Assembly: GCA_951406725.2 (NCBI GenBank)
Contig: OX597817.1
Location: 16,244,001-16,308,000 of the forward strand
From: Octopus vulgaris
Taxonomy: Eukaryota
Length of the DNA stretch: 64,000 nt
Reading direction: 5' to 3'
The translations under genes were made by a program, and so were the position numbers. Below, in pieces: positions 11,865-24,584 of this stretch. The notes under the pieces were generated by a model, which was not told the DNA's origin, did no database searches, and saw only the letters and a list, made by a program, of their open reading frames with translations. Positions within the stretch are counted from its first letter, which is position 1; the number at the start of each line of letters is the position of its first letter.

Positions 11865-12301
11865 TAAGCAATAAAGGGTTTAGCAACGAATTGCCTTACC
11901 ACATACCGAATTTAGAAATAGCAGTCAAAGAGTTATAGCTATTTCTTCTACTAAAAAGGAGATCTCAGTAAAAACAGCAATTGGAAGGCAGACACAAATA
12001 GGTAAGAGAGAATTAATTGACGGCAATCTATCTTAAAATTGTATGATAGATTGCCGTCAATTAATTCTCTCTTACCTATTTGTGTCTGCCTTCCAATTGC
12101 TGTTTTTACTGAGATCTCCTTTAGTAGAAGAAATAGCTATAACTCTTTGACTGCTATTTCTAAATTCGGTATGTGGTAAGGCAATTCGTTGCTAAACCCT
12201 TTATTGCTTAGTATTACTTAAATTTTCCTCGAATGAGGCTTTTACATGCCGAAGACTACTTGGTGTAATTGATAATTATTCCAAATTAATTAATTTCACC
12301 C

Positions 12302-12304
<3 letters not shown>
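11861..12304 (+). mobile_element. TA-embedded palindromic insert (structured family S, copy 1)
   Basis: Arms 11861-12032 / 12045-12214, 12-nt loop, 90-bp unpaired tail, (TA)n on both sides. Confidence 0.85.
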
Positions 12305-12372
<68 letters not shown>

Positions 12373-12373
<1 letters not shown>

Positions 12374-12978
12374 CTTTTATTTTTTACTTGTTTCAGTAAT
12401 TATACTGCGGCCATGCTGGAGCACCGTCTTGAAGAAGTTTTAGTCGAGTGAATTGACCTCAGTACTCCTTTTTTTAAAGCCTGGTACTTATTCTATTGTT
12501 CTCTTTTGCCAAATTGTTAAGTCACGGGTAGGTAGACACACCAACACTGGTTGTCAGACGATGGTTGGTGACAAACACAGACACAAACACATACACACAT
12601 AAATACATGCATGCATACATACATGGTGGTTGCCCCCTGGTTATCGAAGCTTAATCAATGTTGCTATCGTGCAATGCCTGTGCAAGAAGATATTTTTTAA
12701 AGTGAGGAAAGACTGTGCACTGAGTCAATCCAACTCACTAAGCGACAGCAGCCATAATCCGAAAAGAAGAACAAGTCAACATCATCGGTAACCACTGAGC
12801 CGCAGGTTTTATGTCGGAGTTATCCCAGTTACCGGAGTTACCTTCTCCTAGAAGGATGCCGTAACAAAGGCTATGAGTCCTAGGAGTCCTAACAAATATA
12901 CATACATACATACATACATACATACACACACACATACATACACACACACATACATACATACATACATACATACATACA

Positions 12979-13011
<33 letters not shown>

Positions 13012-13191
13012 TACATACATGTGTGCGTGTGTGTACGACGGGTTTCCTTCTGTTTCTGTGTACCAAATCCACTCACAAGACTTTGGTCAGCCCAAGGATA
13101 TAGCAGAAGACACCTGTCGAAGGTTCCACGCAGTGGGGTTGAACCTGCAAACATGTGATGGGAAGCAAGCTTCTTATTACACAGCTGCGCC
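12373..13191 (-). mobile_element. SINE family A, diverged, interrupted by a family D fragment
   Basis: Tail at 12373-12600 and head at 13035-13191. Confidence 0.85.
12622..12885 (-). mobile_element. 3' part of family D element
   Basis: Reverse complement matches 3560-3835; sits in (CATA)n. Confidence 0.85.
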
Positions 13192-13849
13192 GACAAAAGT
13201 AATAAAAAAAATACGAGGACGAGACATAAAAAGAAACTGGGTGTATTATTGCTTACGCTCGGGAAAAATTATAAGTCGTTTACATACTTTCTTCTCCAGA
13301 AAAAATAGACGAGGAGAGGGAAAATGGAAAGAGGAAAGAAGAAACGAGTCTCAATTAGACAGTAACCACATGCTGAAATGACCGGAAAAGGAGGCGGGCG
13401 CTAGAGGCGTGAGCGGTAAGAGAGACAACTGTGGAAGTTGATTGAAGCATTCGTGGCAAAGGAAACAAGAGTGACCTTACATGCCTACGAATATGAAGCA
13501 TGTGAAGATATGAAGCTAACGTGTTCGCGTGTAAGTGTGTGTGTATGTAAGCATGTGTGTGGTGTATATGAAGCTACTATCTATCTCTCCCTCCCTCCCC
13601 CTCTCTCTCTCTCTCTCTCTCTCTCTCCTACTTCTCTCTTCTCCTCTTATCTTGCGTTCATAGTCTTTTGGTCTTTTCTAACACTTCTTTCTCTTTCTCA
13701 CCTGGTGCTTTTAATTTTCGTTGCTGTATCTCTCTTTTTAACTTCTTTACTGTCACTGTTTTTCTCTTTCTTTTACACGATTGACATTTCTCGTTACCTG
13801 CTTCTCCTTCTTTCTTTTTTTCTTTTACGTTCTTTTTTTAACTTATTTA

Positions 13850-14211
13850 TTATATAAAATCCATTCTGTCTGCGTGTGTGTCTTCTAGGATCTCGGGCAT
13901 CCTCCATCCGATTGCGCTCAAATGTGATATGTAGATACCGATTGTATCAGGGCGTGTATAAGTTTTGAAAAAATTTAAAAAATCGATTCCAGATGAGAAT
14001 GTGATCGATAAAGCCGTGGGAAATCGTTTTTCTTTGGAATAGAAAAAAAGTCTATTTTTATTTCTTCTTTTGCTGGTGTCTCAAATTTAGGTCAAATCAG
14101 TGTTTCTCAAGGGGGAGACCTATGTGACGGTCGGACAAGTTGTTTTGAGAAAATTTGATTTAAATGTTTGACAACTCAGCACCGTCCATTGGACGGGGCG
14201 AGCGTTTTGCT
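13850..14211 (+). mobile_element. Non-autonomous Helitron-like element (family H2)
   Basis: Second copy at 25536-25911; 3' hairpin ccgtccattggacgg followed by a degenerate CTAG. Confidence 0.7.
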
Positions 14212-14548
14212 CGTTTTACATGATATAAAAAATCAAACTTTGTGGGTGCGAGTTCAAATTACAGTCCCGACCAAATGTTTATATTTTATGACTATCATAA
14301 ATGATTTCATCAACCCGACATCAAATTTTGCAGATTATATACGACCTGTCAATTCTTATTCATATAGTAGCAATTTTTAGATTTTAGCACTCTAAAAAGT
14401 TTATGGTAGATCTCAGTGAATAATTGCATTAGTTTTCTTCGACTAACACCTTTTCGTTCAATTTGTCTTTCTACGAATATGCTTTTCTAGAAATAAGTCC
14501 TTCAGCCAATATGCATTTGATCAATGTCTTCAATATATGTATTTTGAA

Positions 14549-14626
<78 letters not shown>

Positions 14627-14710
14627 CTCCCCCACTTTCTCTCACATACATACACACACATTTAGGAGAGGAAAGGGAGAAACAGAAACAGGGAAAGAGA
14701 ATCTTTATGT

Positions 14711-14935
14711 AGAGCTGGCAGAAACGTTAGCGCGCCGGGTGAAATGCTTAGCGGTATTTCGTCTGTCGTTACGTTCTGAGTTCAAATTCCGCCGAGGTCG
14801 ACTTTGCCTTTCATACTTTCGGGGTCGATAAATAAAGTACCAGTTTCGCACTGGGGTCGATGTAATCGACTTAATCCCTTTGTCTGTCCGTGTTTGTCCC
14901 CTCTATGTTTAGCCCCTTGTGGGCAGTAAAAGAAA
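14711..14935 (+). mobile_element. SINE family C
   Basis: Head gagctggcagaaacgttagc and conserved core. Confidence 0.9.
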
Positions 14936-15331
14936 AAATATATATATAACTTCCCTCTGAGTTTCGTGCGCAACCAATTAATTAAACAATTAAGCAATCG
15001 TCAGACAATGATTTGGCAAAACAATGTTAGAATTTCCAAAAACAACCACCAATTAAAACAATATTAATTACATCCGGATTTTTCTTCTCTTTACTTTTAC
15101 AAATCTTTGAACTTAGACAACGGGGAAATCACGTGCAGATAATTTTTCATTCACCAATGTTTATTTAACATTTTTTGGTTGTTTATTCCTTCTGCAAATT
15201 CGGTCAAACATCAACCGATCATTTATGAGGGAATGGCTAATTCACCAACATCAATGTGCATACTTTGTCTTCAGAACTTCTAACATTGTTAGCCAACTCA
15301 TTGTTTTACGAGGACCTAACTTATGAATTAA

Positions 15332-15726
15332 CTAGCAGTATCGCCCGGCGTTGCTCGGGTTTGTAAGGGAAATAACTATATAAGCATTTTTAGAGAGTTA
15401 TAGCCAAAAAATAGCAAAAATATGCATTAAAAATGGAAAAAAAATTATGGTAAATTTTTTTTAAATCGTTGACTCATCGTAGACATTTTTAGAGAGTTAC
15501 TTCCCTTATATAATAGCGAAAAAATGCATTAAAATGGAAAAAAATTATGGTAATTTTTTTTTAATCGTAGACTTATCGTAGACGCGCGCTAATACCCAGA
15601 AGGGCTCGATATGAATCACGACTATAAGATACCCGGTTTTGGTTAAACTGCAGCGCAAAATGTGGCAGTAGTTAGGAATCTGAATCGTAGGAGACAGACA
15701 CACAACTTCTCTTTTATATATAAAGA
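15332..15726 (-). mobile_element. Helitron H1
   Basis: a|ctagcagtatcgcccggcgttgctcggg ... ttttatatataaaga. Confidence 0.9.
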
Positions 15727-15857
15727 AGATTAGTTGGGCATGAAACATCAACCGATAATACATATTTCATAAAGAGCTGTTTCACGTTATATGTGCATGT
15801 TCACTCTGCGCACGTATGGAGCACTCTATTTTATTCATATAACAAAGGTTATATAAC

Positions 15858-16122
15858 ATATGGCTCCGGATTCAGTCCCACTGAGTGACACCTTGGGCAA
15901 GTATATTCTACCATAGCCTCAGGTTGACCATAGTTTTGTAAGTGGATTTGGTAGATGGAAACTAATAAAAGAAGTCCGTCGTAAGAGTGTGTGTGTGTGA
16001 GAGTGTGTGAGTGACAGAGAGTGTGTGTGTGTGAGAGTGTGTGAGTGAGAGGGTGTGTGTGTGTGAGAGAGAGTGTGTGCGAGAGAGAGTGTGTGTGTAT
16101 GTGAGAGAGAGAGAGAGTGTGT

Positions 16123-16158
<36 letters not shown>

Positions 16159-16403
16159 TGTGTGTATGTGTGTGTGTGTGTGTGTATTTGTCCCCCAGCA
16201 TCGTTTGACATCCGATGCTGGTGTGCTTAGGTCCCCGTAATTTAGCGGTTCGGCAAAAGCGACCGAGAGAATAAGTAGTACCAGGCTTTTAAATAAAAAA
16301 AAAAGTATGTACTGGGATCGATTCATTCGATTAAAATTCTTCGAGGCGGTGCCCCAGCATGACCGCAGTCTAATGACTAAAACAAATAAAATACAAGAAA
16401 ATA
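15858..16403 (+). mobile_element. SINE family A, diverged, with expanded (GT/GA)n interior
   Basis: Head and tail motifs both present. Confidence 0.82.
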
Positions 16404-16652
16404 AAGTCGAACTACTGCAACATTATACACCATTATCGCATAACAAATTCTTCACAGTTACCATAATAGCAAAAACGAAGAACAGTCCGAAGCACTTCAT
16501 CAGATATTGACATTTTGTTGTAGTATTTTGCAGCGAATACATTTTTCTGCACTTACTATCTGACAGGGCGTCGTACGGTGGCTATATGTTATTTATTATT
16601 CATAACAGCTATTATACTAAAAAGTTACATTTCACCATAATGTCAGTTCATA

Positions 16653-16885
16653 CTCTCTTTTTTACTCTTTTACTCTTTTACTTGTTTCAGTCATTTGACT
16701 GCGGCCATGCTGGAGCACCGCCTTTAGTCGAGCAAATCGACCCCGGGACTTATTCTTTGTAAGCCCAGTACTTATTCTATCGGTTTCTTTTGCCGAACCG
16801 CTAAGTGACGGGGACGTAAACACACCAGCATCGGTTGTCAAGCAATGCTAGGGGGACAAACACACACACACAAACACACACACAT

Positions 16886-16962
<77 letters not shown>

Positions 16963-17126
16963 TACGACAGGCTTCTTTCAGTTTCCGTCTACCAAATCCA
17001 CTCACAAGGCATTGGTCGGCCCGGGGCTATAGCAGAAGACACTTACCCAAGATGCCACGCAGTGGGACTGAACCCGGACCATGTGGTTGGTAGGCAAGCT
17101 ACTTACCACACAGCCACTCCTGCGCC
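16653..17126 (-). mobile_element. SINE family A
   Basis: Full head and tail with internal (CA)n(TA)n. Confidence 0.93.
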
Positions 17127-17349
17127 TATAGTTGTATTTTCACACTATTTTTTTATGAATGCACTTTTCTGCAGTAATTATGTCTGTGACTCTTATGTTG
17201 CAGCGATTAATTACATGTGGTTATGTTGGCACTTCTTTGCTGCATCAATTGTAGACTTGCTGCGCACGTGATTCTAATGTTGCATTTGATGAGTCTTACA
17301 ATTTTGCTGTGAGTAAATAAAAAAAAAGTAGATTTTAACAGGAATTGGG

Positions 17350-17695
17350 TGCTGCTTTGGCGTGTGATCTACAGGGGAGATTACGTTTTTCTATTATACT
17401 GAATTAAATAATAAAATCCATAAAAAGTAACCTAAAGTAATCTCCCTTTAAAATGTAAATCACACGCCAAAGTGACGCCATTCTTTTTCTTAGGAAATTA
17501 TATGAATTTAGTTCTGGTTTCTTGTAAAAATGCAACTGCCTTCTGGTTTCTTGTAAGAATGCAACTGCCTTCGTCTCGTCACTGATCACATTGTAAAAAT
17601 CTTAAGCCAACATCTTACGGGTTTTTAGAAATCGAAAAGTCAATTAAAAAGCAATCCAAAGTAATCTCTCTTGTAGATCACACGCCAAAGCAGCA
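17350..17695. mobile_element. Unclassified MITE
   Basis: 35-bp inverted repeats tgctgctttggcgtgtgatctaca..attac / gtaat..tgtagatcacacgccaaagcagca, plus an internal third copy at ~17437-17472. Confidence 0.7.
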
Positions 17696-18719
17696 TCAGG
17701 AATTGTTATCCTTGAGTTATTTAAAACTTTCTTTCGGATAGAAACAAGACTGAAATTTCACATCTGTCTTATACAAGATCTGTATTTGTTCCGGCAGCTA
17801 TATGAGTCAAAGAAAACAGTACATTCTTTGCATACACCCATATCTTGGCATACCTTGGCTTACAATCGGACCTTTCGCCGCCTGAACGAATGCTCGGATC
17901 TGTTAACAAGGAACCTAGGGTATCATCATGTCATCGTAATTGTAATTTACATAATAAATAATTCATACTCAAATACTCGGTATTGAGTACTCTTCTGTTC
18001 GACACCACTAACGTGTGCATGTATGTATAGATATGTGTGTGTGTGTTTGTGTATGCGTGCGTGCGTGTGTGTGTGTGTGTGTGTATGTGTGTGGGGGGAG
18101 TATTTGGTTTTGTGGTATTTGATGATCGTACTTCATATCTTCTACCTTAGCCACAGGTTGATCACACGCTCGCATACACCTACGATCACACACCTACGCT
18201 CACACACACATACACACGCGCGCGCGCGCGCGCACACACCTGCGCTTACAAACACGCGCATGCACTTCGATTAACGAAATCATACATTCCACTTTTATTT
18301 CGCAAATATATTCCACATTTATTTCGCTAATTTACTCTACTTTTATTTCGCTATCAGAAACTTCGTTAAGTGAGGAAAGTACAATATAATCTTTATAGAG
18401 ATATATTCTTTGAAGTGAAAGGAATATATTCTTATTTAAAATCTCTCCAATACCTCTAAATGTATAGAAAACTTCTCTGAACAAAAATATATGCACTATG
18501 ATTGATTGATTCTAGTTTCAGCTCACGAGCTGTGGCTATGCTGGGGCACCGCCATTTGTTTATATTTAGTTTATATAACAAAAACTATGAAGCCAAAACT
18601 TATTAAATATGGTACTACTTATTCTGTTAGATTATATTAAAAGAAAAGTGGGGGCAGCGCGGATTAATTATCCTACCTTCTTACAATCTTCAAATTATTC
18701 CCTATAAAAATTCAACGGC

Positions 18720-19120
18720 ACCGTCGCAGATTTTTTTCTTTTCATACTTCATTCAAAATTCGGATCGTTTCATGGAAGTTGTTCTAAAGCACGAGTTATT
18801 TCACTAATGCTTCTAGATAAGATCGCTGCTGTTAAAATTGACTGTGGGGGTGTCTTAACTAGACACTTGAATTTCTGTTAACTCTTTAGACTGTTCATAT
18901 CAGTAAGCAATAAACGTTGTATATCATCTGCGTTAGTTTCTCTTAAATCCCACTTCGTTTGCCATATGTATATTTGATCGAGATGGTTTTTACCCTCTAT
19001 TCAATTATCTATATATTTGGAAACATTTTCTATGTTATCTCAACTACCAGCTTTTGTCATTTGAAAGACACTGCTCTACAACGACCAAGTTTCATTAAAA
19101 AGTGAAAATAGTTTTATACT
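18720..19120 (-). pseudogene. Possible pogo/Tigger transposase C-terminal remnant
   Basis: Minus-strand ANEVGFK / ETNADDIQRLLL across a frameshift. Confidence 0.3.
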
Positions 19121-19235
19121 TTCAATTTGAATCAAAATTACAGTGTTGAATTACGGGAGTGACGATATGTACACTATGAAGTAATATTCTGAATTAGTCA
19201 CATCTGTACTATATAATAAAGAAAGCTGCTTATCA

Positions 19236-19295
<60 letters not shown>

Positions 19296-19783
19296 TATAT
19301 ATATATTGTATAAAGGTTATCAATTAAACTATGTTTTTTGGCACAGCAACTCTTTTTTATAACTACAATAACCTCGAAAACGGGGTCGAGTCGCACAATT
19401 TTAAGGTCCTTTTCGGGCAATATTTCGATTTGCTTCTAATGTTTCACTTTCGTTCGATGTTTCGCGCATGCATAGAATTGTACTCAGATAAGCATTTATG
19501 AAAATTTACACGTAAATATTGTATTAAAATAAGCCACAACCAAAAAAATTTCATTAAAAGACATCCATTTCTTTATATGTTATAAGGAAATACAGTAACT
19601 CACTCTCGCTCACATGCACACGCACACATACATACAAAAATGATGTGTGCATATGTATTTATGTACGTGTATATGAAAGATAATGTTTGAGAGAGCGAGT
19701 GAGTGCCACTTATACATACATGCAAAAAAATACATACATAACAACACACCATCACTCTCTCACATTCTCTCGCTCTCTCTCTT

Positions 19784-19833
<50 letters not shown>

Positions 19834-21320
19834 GCACATACGCGCACACACAGACGTCCATTTCATATACACATACATACATATTTCACTTTCTGCTCTT
19901 ACTTCAAAGCAAATGTCGCCTTTTTACTTTCTCCTCTCTTTCAATTTCTGTTCTCTTCAAAGCATAAAGAAATTTTTAAAACTTACGAAAATTGACGAAC
20001 AATTATATGATCCCATATGGTCGATCAATATGATCAAGTTGACAACTTTGCTGCTTCAAATGAAAGAATGCCATGATGAAATAACTTCTTTTCGCACACA
20101 CATGCACACACACTTTCTCTCTCTCTTTCTCTCTCTCTCTTTATCTTTCTCTCTCTCTCTTTCTCTTTCTCTTTCTCTCTCTCTCTCTTTCTCTTTCTCT
20201 CTCTCTCTATCTCTCTGACTCTCTCCCTCTCTCTCCCTCGCTCTTTCTCTCGCTTTCTCTCTAGGCTTAAATAGTCAGAAAATGTCTCGAACGCAGGTTT
20301 TCTACGATTGATCGCGTAACCTGGTCATGTGATGGTGTAACACATTCACCAAGTCCGTTGTTGAGATCGGATACATTAATTGTCCAATCGGATCCCTTGA
20401 CAGACCAACCTAGCGCGGCAAAATATTGTTTGCTCTCTGGAGCCTGATAGCATCTATAGATAGAGGCGTTTTCTCCAGCTTCATTTCAGTGAGGTGGGAA
20501 TCTTCATGGGGAGAGGCGAGTTATTATGCAGCTAGCTTTGACGCTCTACGCGTATTTCTGTTTATCATGCACCTGTAATCAGAGAGAATATGAGAGACTG
20601 CAAGAAGGGATGTCACGTATTTCTGTTCCTCTCTCCCCAGATAACATCACCAAGTTCCGACTTATTTGAGAAGCAAATATGTATTATTTTCTTCAGACAA
20701 TGTCATCATGATGTAACCAACAGTTGCTGTACAAATTCATTTAGCGGTTGAATAAAACGTAGCAATTGATTACAACTCGTTTTCTTGTATCTCTTTCCAC
20801 TATTTTATACACTCATTGGAACCAAAAAACTTGTAATTATATCAGGGCTTGAGACACGCTAACCAACTCGCTAAACGTCAAATACACCAATGTTGTTTTG
20901 TTTGGGCTTTTTTTTCTGTTGGCCTATTTCTTTTTTCTTTTAATCTAGAAAGAAGGCAATGCTCATGACTTGTTACAAGGCCTCCAATTCTGTTGGGAAG
21001 GAGAGATGAAGGTATCCTCAAAGCGGAAGTCTGACTCGAATGCTAGTAACAAAATGGACTCTACTAAAGGCATCCAAATTGCCAGATTGTTGTGTTAGAC
21101 CGGTGACAGGGTAAGTTCATCGTCCAAGTAAGCCTTCGCATGATTAGAACTTAGAACGGAAAGACAAATATCGCAGGGTATCCGGCCCGGTGTTCTTACA
21201 GTTCTACTAATCCACCATCCTGTACTGATACTTTTTGTATCGACCTCGAAAAAAGTGAAAGACAGAGCTAACCGTAGTAGGATTTGAACTTAGAATGAAT
21301 GAAGAGAACCGGAACAAATA

Positions 21321-21418
21321 CCTATTTCTTTATTACCCACAAGGGGCTAAACACAGAGGGGACAAACAAGGACAGACATAGGTATTAACGTGCTAACGTT
21401 TCTGCCAGCTCGCCGCCT
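21321..21418 (-). mobile_element. SINE family C, internally deleted, inside older diverged copies (~21040-21450)
   Basis: Tail joined directly to head (ggtattaa|cgtgctaacgtttctgccagctcgccgcc). Confidence 0.8.
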
Positions 21419-21493
21419 TACTCGGAACAAATACCGCTAAGCATTCTGTTTGATTCCATCAGTCGCTCTCATCTTCCTAAACATATACTTCAA

Positions 21494-21875
21494 CTAGCAG
21501 TATCGCCCGGCGTTGCTCAGGTTTGTAAGGGAAATAACTATAAAGCATTTTTAGAGAGTTATAGCCAAAAAATAGCAAAAAAATGGAAAAAAAATGATGG
21601 TAAATTTTTTTTTTGAGTTAAAAAAGGTGGAGTTGCGTCCCCTAGACAGTCTGTGGTTTGTGTTTCTGATTCTCGACCCCATGTCGAATTTATCGATTTT
21701 TTTCAGAACTGGGGGAACTTTTCAAAATTTTTGCTGCGTTAGTTTTGAATTATGACATTGGGCTATGTGTGTGTCAAGTTTCATCAGAATCGGTTGAAAG
21801 CCGTGGTCAGAGTGAGGGTACGAGAAAACAGACACACAGAAAACGCAGACAAACTGCCGTTTATATAGAGAGAGA
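21494..21875 (-). mobile_element. Chimeric Helitron: H1 3' end with a different 5' half
   Basis: H1 match only over ~21494-21610; then aagtttcatcagaatcggttga..cagacacacaga..ttatatagagagaga|t. Confidence 0.8.
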
Positions 21876-22069
21876 TTATCAACAAGATGAAAGGCAAAGT
21901 TGAGCTCCACAGGATTTGAATTTTGAACGCAAGAAATATTTCATTCCATCCGATGTTTTACCTCGCCATCTTCATTATTCTTTATAGTATGTTAAAGTTT
22001 GTTTTATTGCTTTTGTCGGATACAGATATTTGTCAATTTTCGGCTTTTCTTTGTTATTTCTTTGATGTT

Positions 22070-22310
22070 GTGGTACAGACATGTTCTCCGCCTCCCGCCA
22101 GATCATCCTACCCAGGGCCTTACACTCAATCGGCTGAGCAGCTACGGGCTAGGAGAGGCCCTGTGGGAGGACCTGCACCAAATGGCCGAACATGATTAAG
22201 GAAGAGGCTCGACGTCACCTTGAAGGATACAGAGGGTCTGACACGGGACTGCCAGCGATGGAGAGCACTTGTAAACCTGGTCGGCTCTACACACAATGAC
22301 GCCTCGGGGA
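22070..22310 (+). pseudogene. RTE-like LINE ORF C-terminal fragment
   Basis: WYRHVLRLPPDHP (WxGHVxR-like motif) ... RWRALVN. Confidence 0.6.
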
Positions 22311-22750
22311 CCACTAACCTGGGATGACCCCTCCTCCGGCCCCATAAGTCAAGAAGCAACCAAGCAGCGAGTATAATGTTGGTCTTTTGAGTTTTATGTT
22401 ACCTTTAGTTTTTATCAGGTTGGCTATTTGGGGAGGGTTAAATATTTTATGTTGCTTTGTGATGTTTTTGATTAGGTGTGAATCTATAATTGTTTTGCTG
22501 ATTGTATTTACTGTAGTATTTATATTGAAGTTTGTAGTATTGTATAATGCTTTTTTTTTTCCTTCCTTTTCCATTTTTTTTTTCTCGAGTCAGCTAAATA
22601 ACCTTTTGGGGTATGTTGTCAGCGGTGGAGGCGCGGAAGCATCATTCCGAATATGAGAGAAGTATTCTAATGTGAGCTGCAACTGAATGGGAGTGGAAAA
22701 AAAACTTGGATTTTGGAATGCACTTTTGAAAGCATCAAATTGACCATCAA

Positions 22751-22900
22751 ATTGTTCTTTTTGAGTCTTTCCCATGTCTGCTTTATCCTCTAAATTAATT
22801 TTTGAATACATATTGCCATACAGTTGTGACCATCATATTGTTCTTTTTCAGTCTTTCCCATGTCTGCTTTATCCTCTAAATTAATTTTTAAATACATATT
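22751..22900 (+). repeat. Local tandem duplication (~63 bp shared, 87-bp period)
   Basis: ttgttcttttt.agtctttcccatgtctgctttatcctctaaattaattttt occurs twice. Confidence 0.85.
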
Positions 22901-23507
22901 TAAATAATTATTTAAATACATTTTAAATAATTTTTAAATACCGACATATAAAGCAGCTCAGCATAAAAGCTGGGGTGAAAACTTTAGGCCAAAAATGTTA
23001 CTTTTTTACTACACCAGACATATAAGCCAAGGGCTTGGTACAACAATAACCGATAGATCTCGAGATCAAGTTAAGAAATAACAGAATTTTCGCAAGTCAT
23101 GAATTTACTGTGAAGTGGATATGTGTACCTTCGAAACCATGGAAAAACCTAGAGAATTTCGATGACATCATGTGAAACCTTTTTTAAAATGATCATTAAG
23201 CAACGCAGTGGACGGTAGCGCTGCGGTTAGTGGATATTCCCCATAGTGAACGTAGTGCTACAGGTGATTGCTATATTGAATGTGCAATCCTTATGATGAC
23301 CTGATTAGAACTAGTAAATGAGACTTATCGTTCAATAGTAGCAATGACAATGAGGATGGCTTTTGAATTGGTGAGTACTGCATGGATGGATGGATTAAAA
23401 TGCAAGATTATTGTGTAGTGGTAAATAAATTATACTTTGTAATTTTAGTGGTCACGTTTATGCATATTTTAAATCAATAGAAACATTTGCGCCGAATGAT
23501 GACAATT

Positions 23508-23728
23508 TCTCTTTTACTCTTTTACTCTTTTACTTGTTTCAGTCATTTTGACTGCGGCCATGCTGGAGCACCGCCTTAAATCGAGCAACTCGACCCCGGG
23601 ACTTATTCTTTTGTAAGCCCAGTACTTATTCTATCGGTCTCTTTTTGCCGAACCGCTAAGTGACGGGGACGCAAACACACCAGCATCAGTTGTCAAGCAA
23701 TGCTAGGGGGACAAACACAGACACACAA

Positions 23729-23815
<87 letters not shown>

Positions 23816-23955
23816 TATGACAGGCTTCTTTCAGTTTCTGTCTACCAAATCCACTCACAAGGCATTGGTCGGCCCGGGGCTATAGCAGAAGACACTTGCC
23901 CAAGATGCCACGCAGTGGGACTGAACCCGGAACCATGTGGTTGGTTAGCAAGCTA
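23508..23955 (-). mobile_element. SINE family A, head clipped
   Basis: Tail, microsatellite and most of the head present. Confidence 0.92.
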
Positions 23956-24584
23956 CAATTGTCTCAATAGATTTTGATTGTTTACCGGAGGTTTTTATAT
24001 ACATATTGATTTGTGCATATACAATGTCTTTAAAAAAACACAAACAAAATAAAAACAGTTATTTTAATAATTTTGTATTTATTTTACTTAAAAACATTAA
24101 AAAGCGTGTTGCTGGTAGCTGCGATCTTTTGGACAGTAATATTCTCGTCGCTTCAATGATTTGATTATTGATTTTCTAATATTAGATGGCGCACCCAGTT
24201 ATTTCCTTTGGATTAAAAATAAACCTTAAAAGATTCTCGGGAACAATTCATGTGTAGCGTACACTTTTTCTTTATTTACCTATAAAAGGTGTGCTATAAA
24301 AGGTGTAATGCACACCTATAAAAGGTGTACATTACAAAGGACGAACACTTACATTCTTACAAATTCGTTTTGGTTGAGATGAATTGAAAAAATCGAAAAA
24401 CTCGAATGAAATGATGAAAGGGGCCGTGCTAGCATAGCCAGTCAAGACGAAAAGAAGGGAAAAAAACAAAGGAAAATAAACCGGGGGGTTAAATGAGGAA
24501 AAACCCCGGAGCATTATTTTATTAATTCTTAATTTTTATTTGTATATATTTTTTGTTTTTTTCCCTTCTTTTCGTCTTGACCGG

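Noticed and set aside
11912-11925. tagaaatagca resembling the Cas9 sgRNA scaffold
   Set aside because: Short chance match; no CRISPR array or cas gene, and the context is eukaryotic
12192-12200. CTAAACCCT / TAACCCT resembling a telomerase template in family S
   Set aside because: Only 7-9 nt, partly paired in helix H4 and not conserved in copy 4
12120-12240. HDV-like ribozyme reading of family S (hairpin then CUAA; ttcctcg loop)
   Set aside because: Helix order does not fit HDV and the L3-like motif is absent in copy 2
22590-22811. Possible hAT transposase remnant
   Set aside because: Similarity too weak to support by eye
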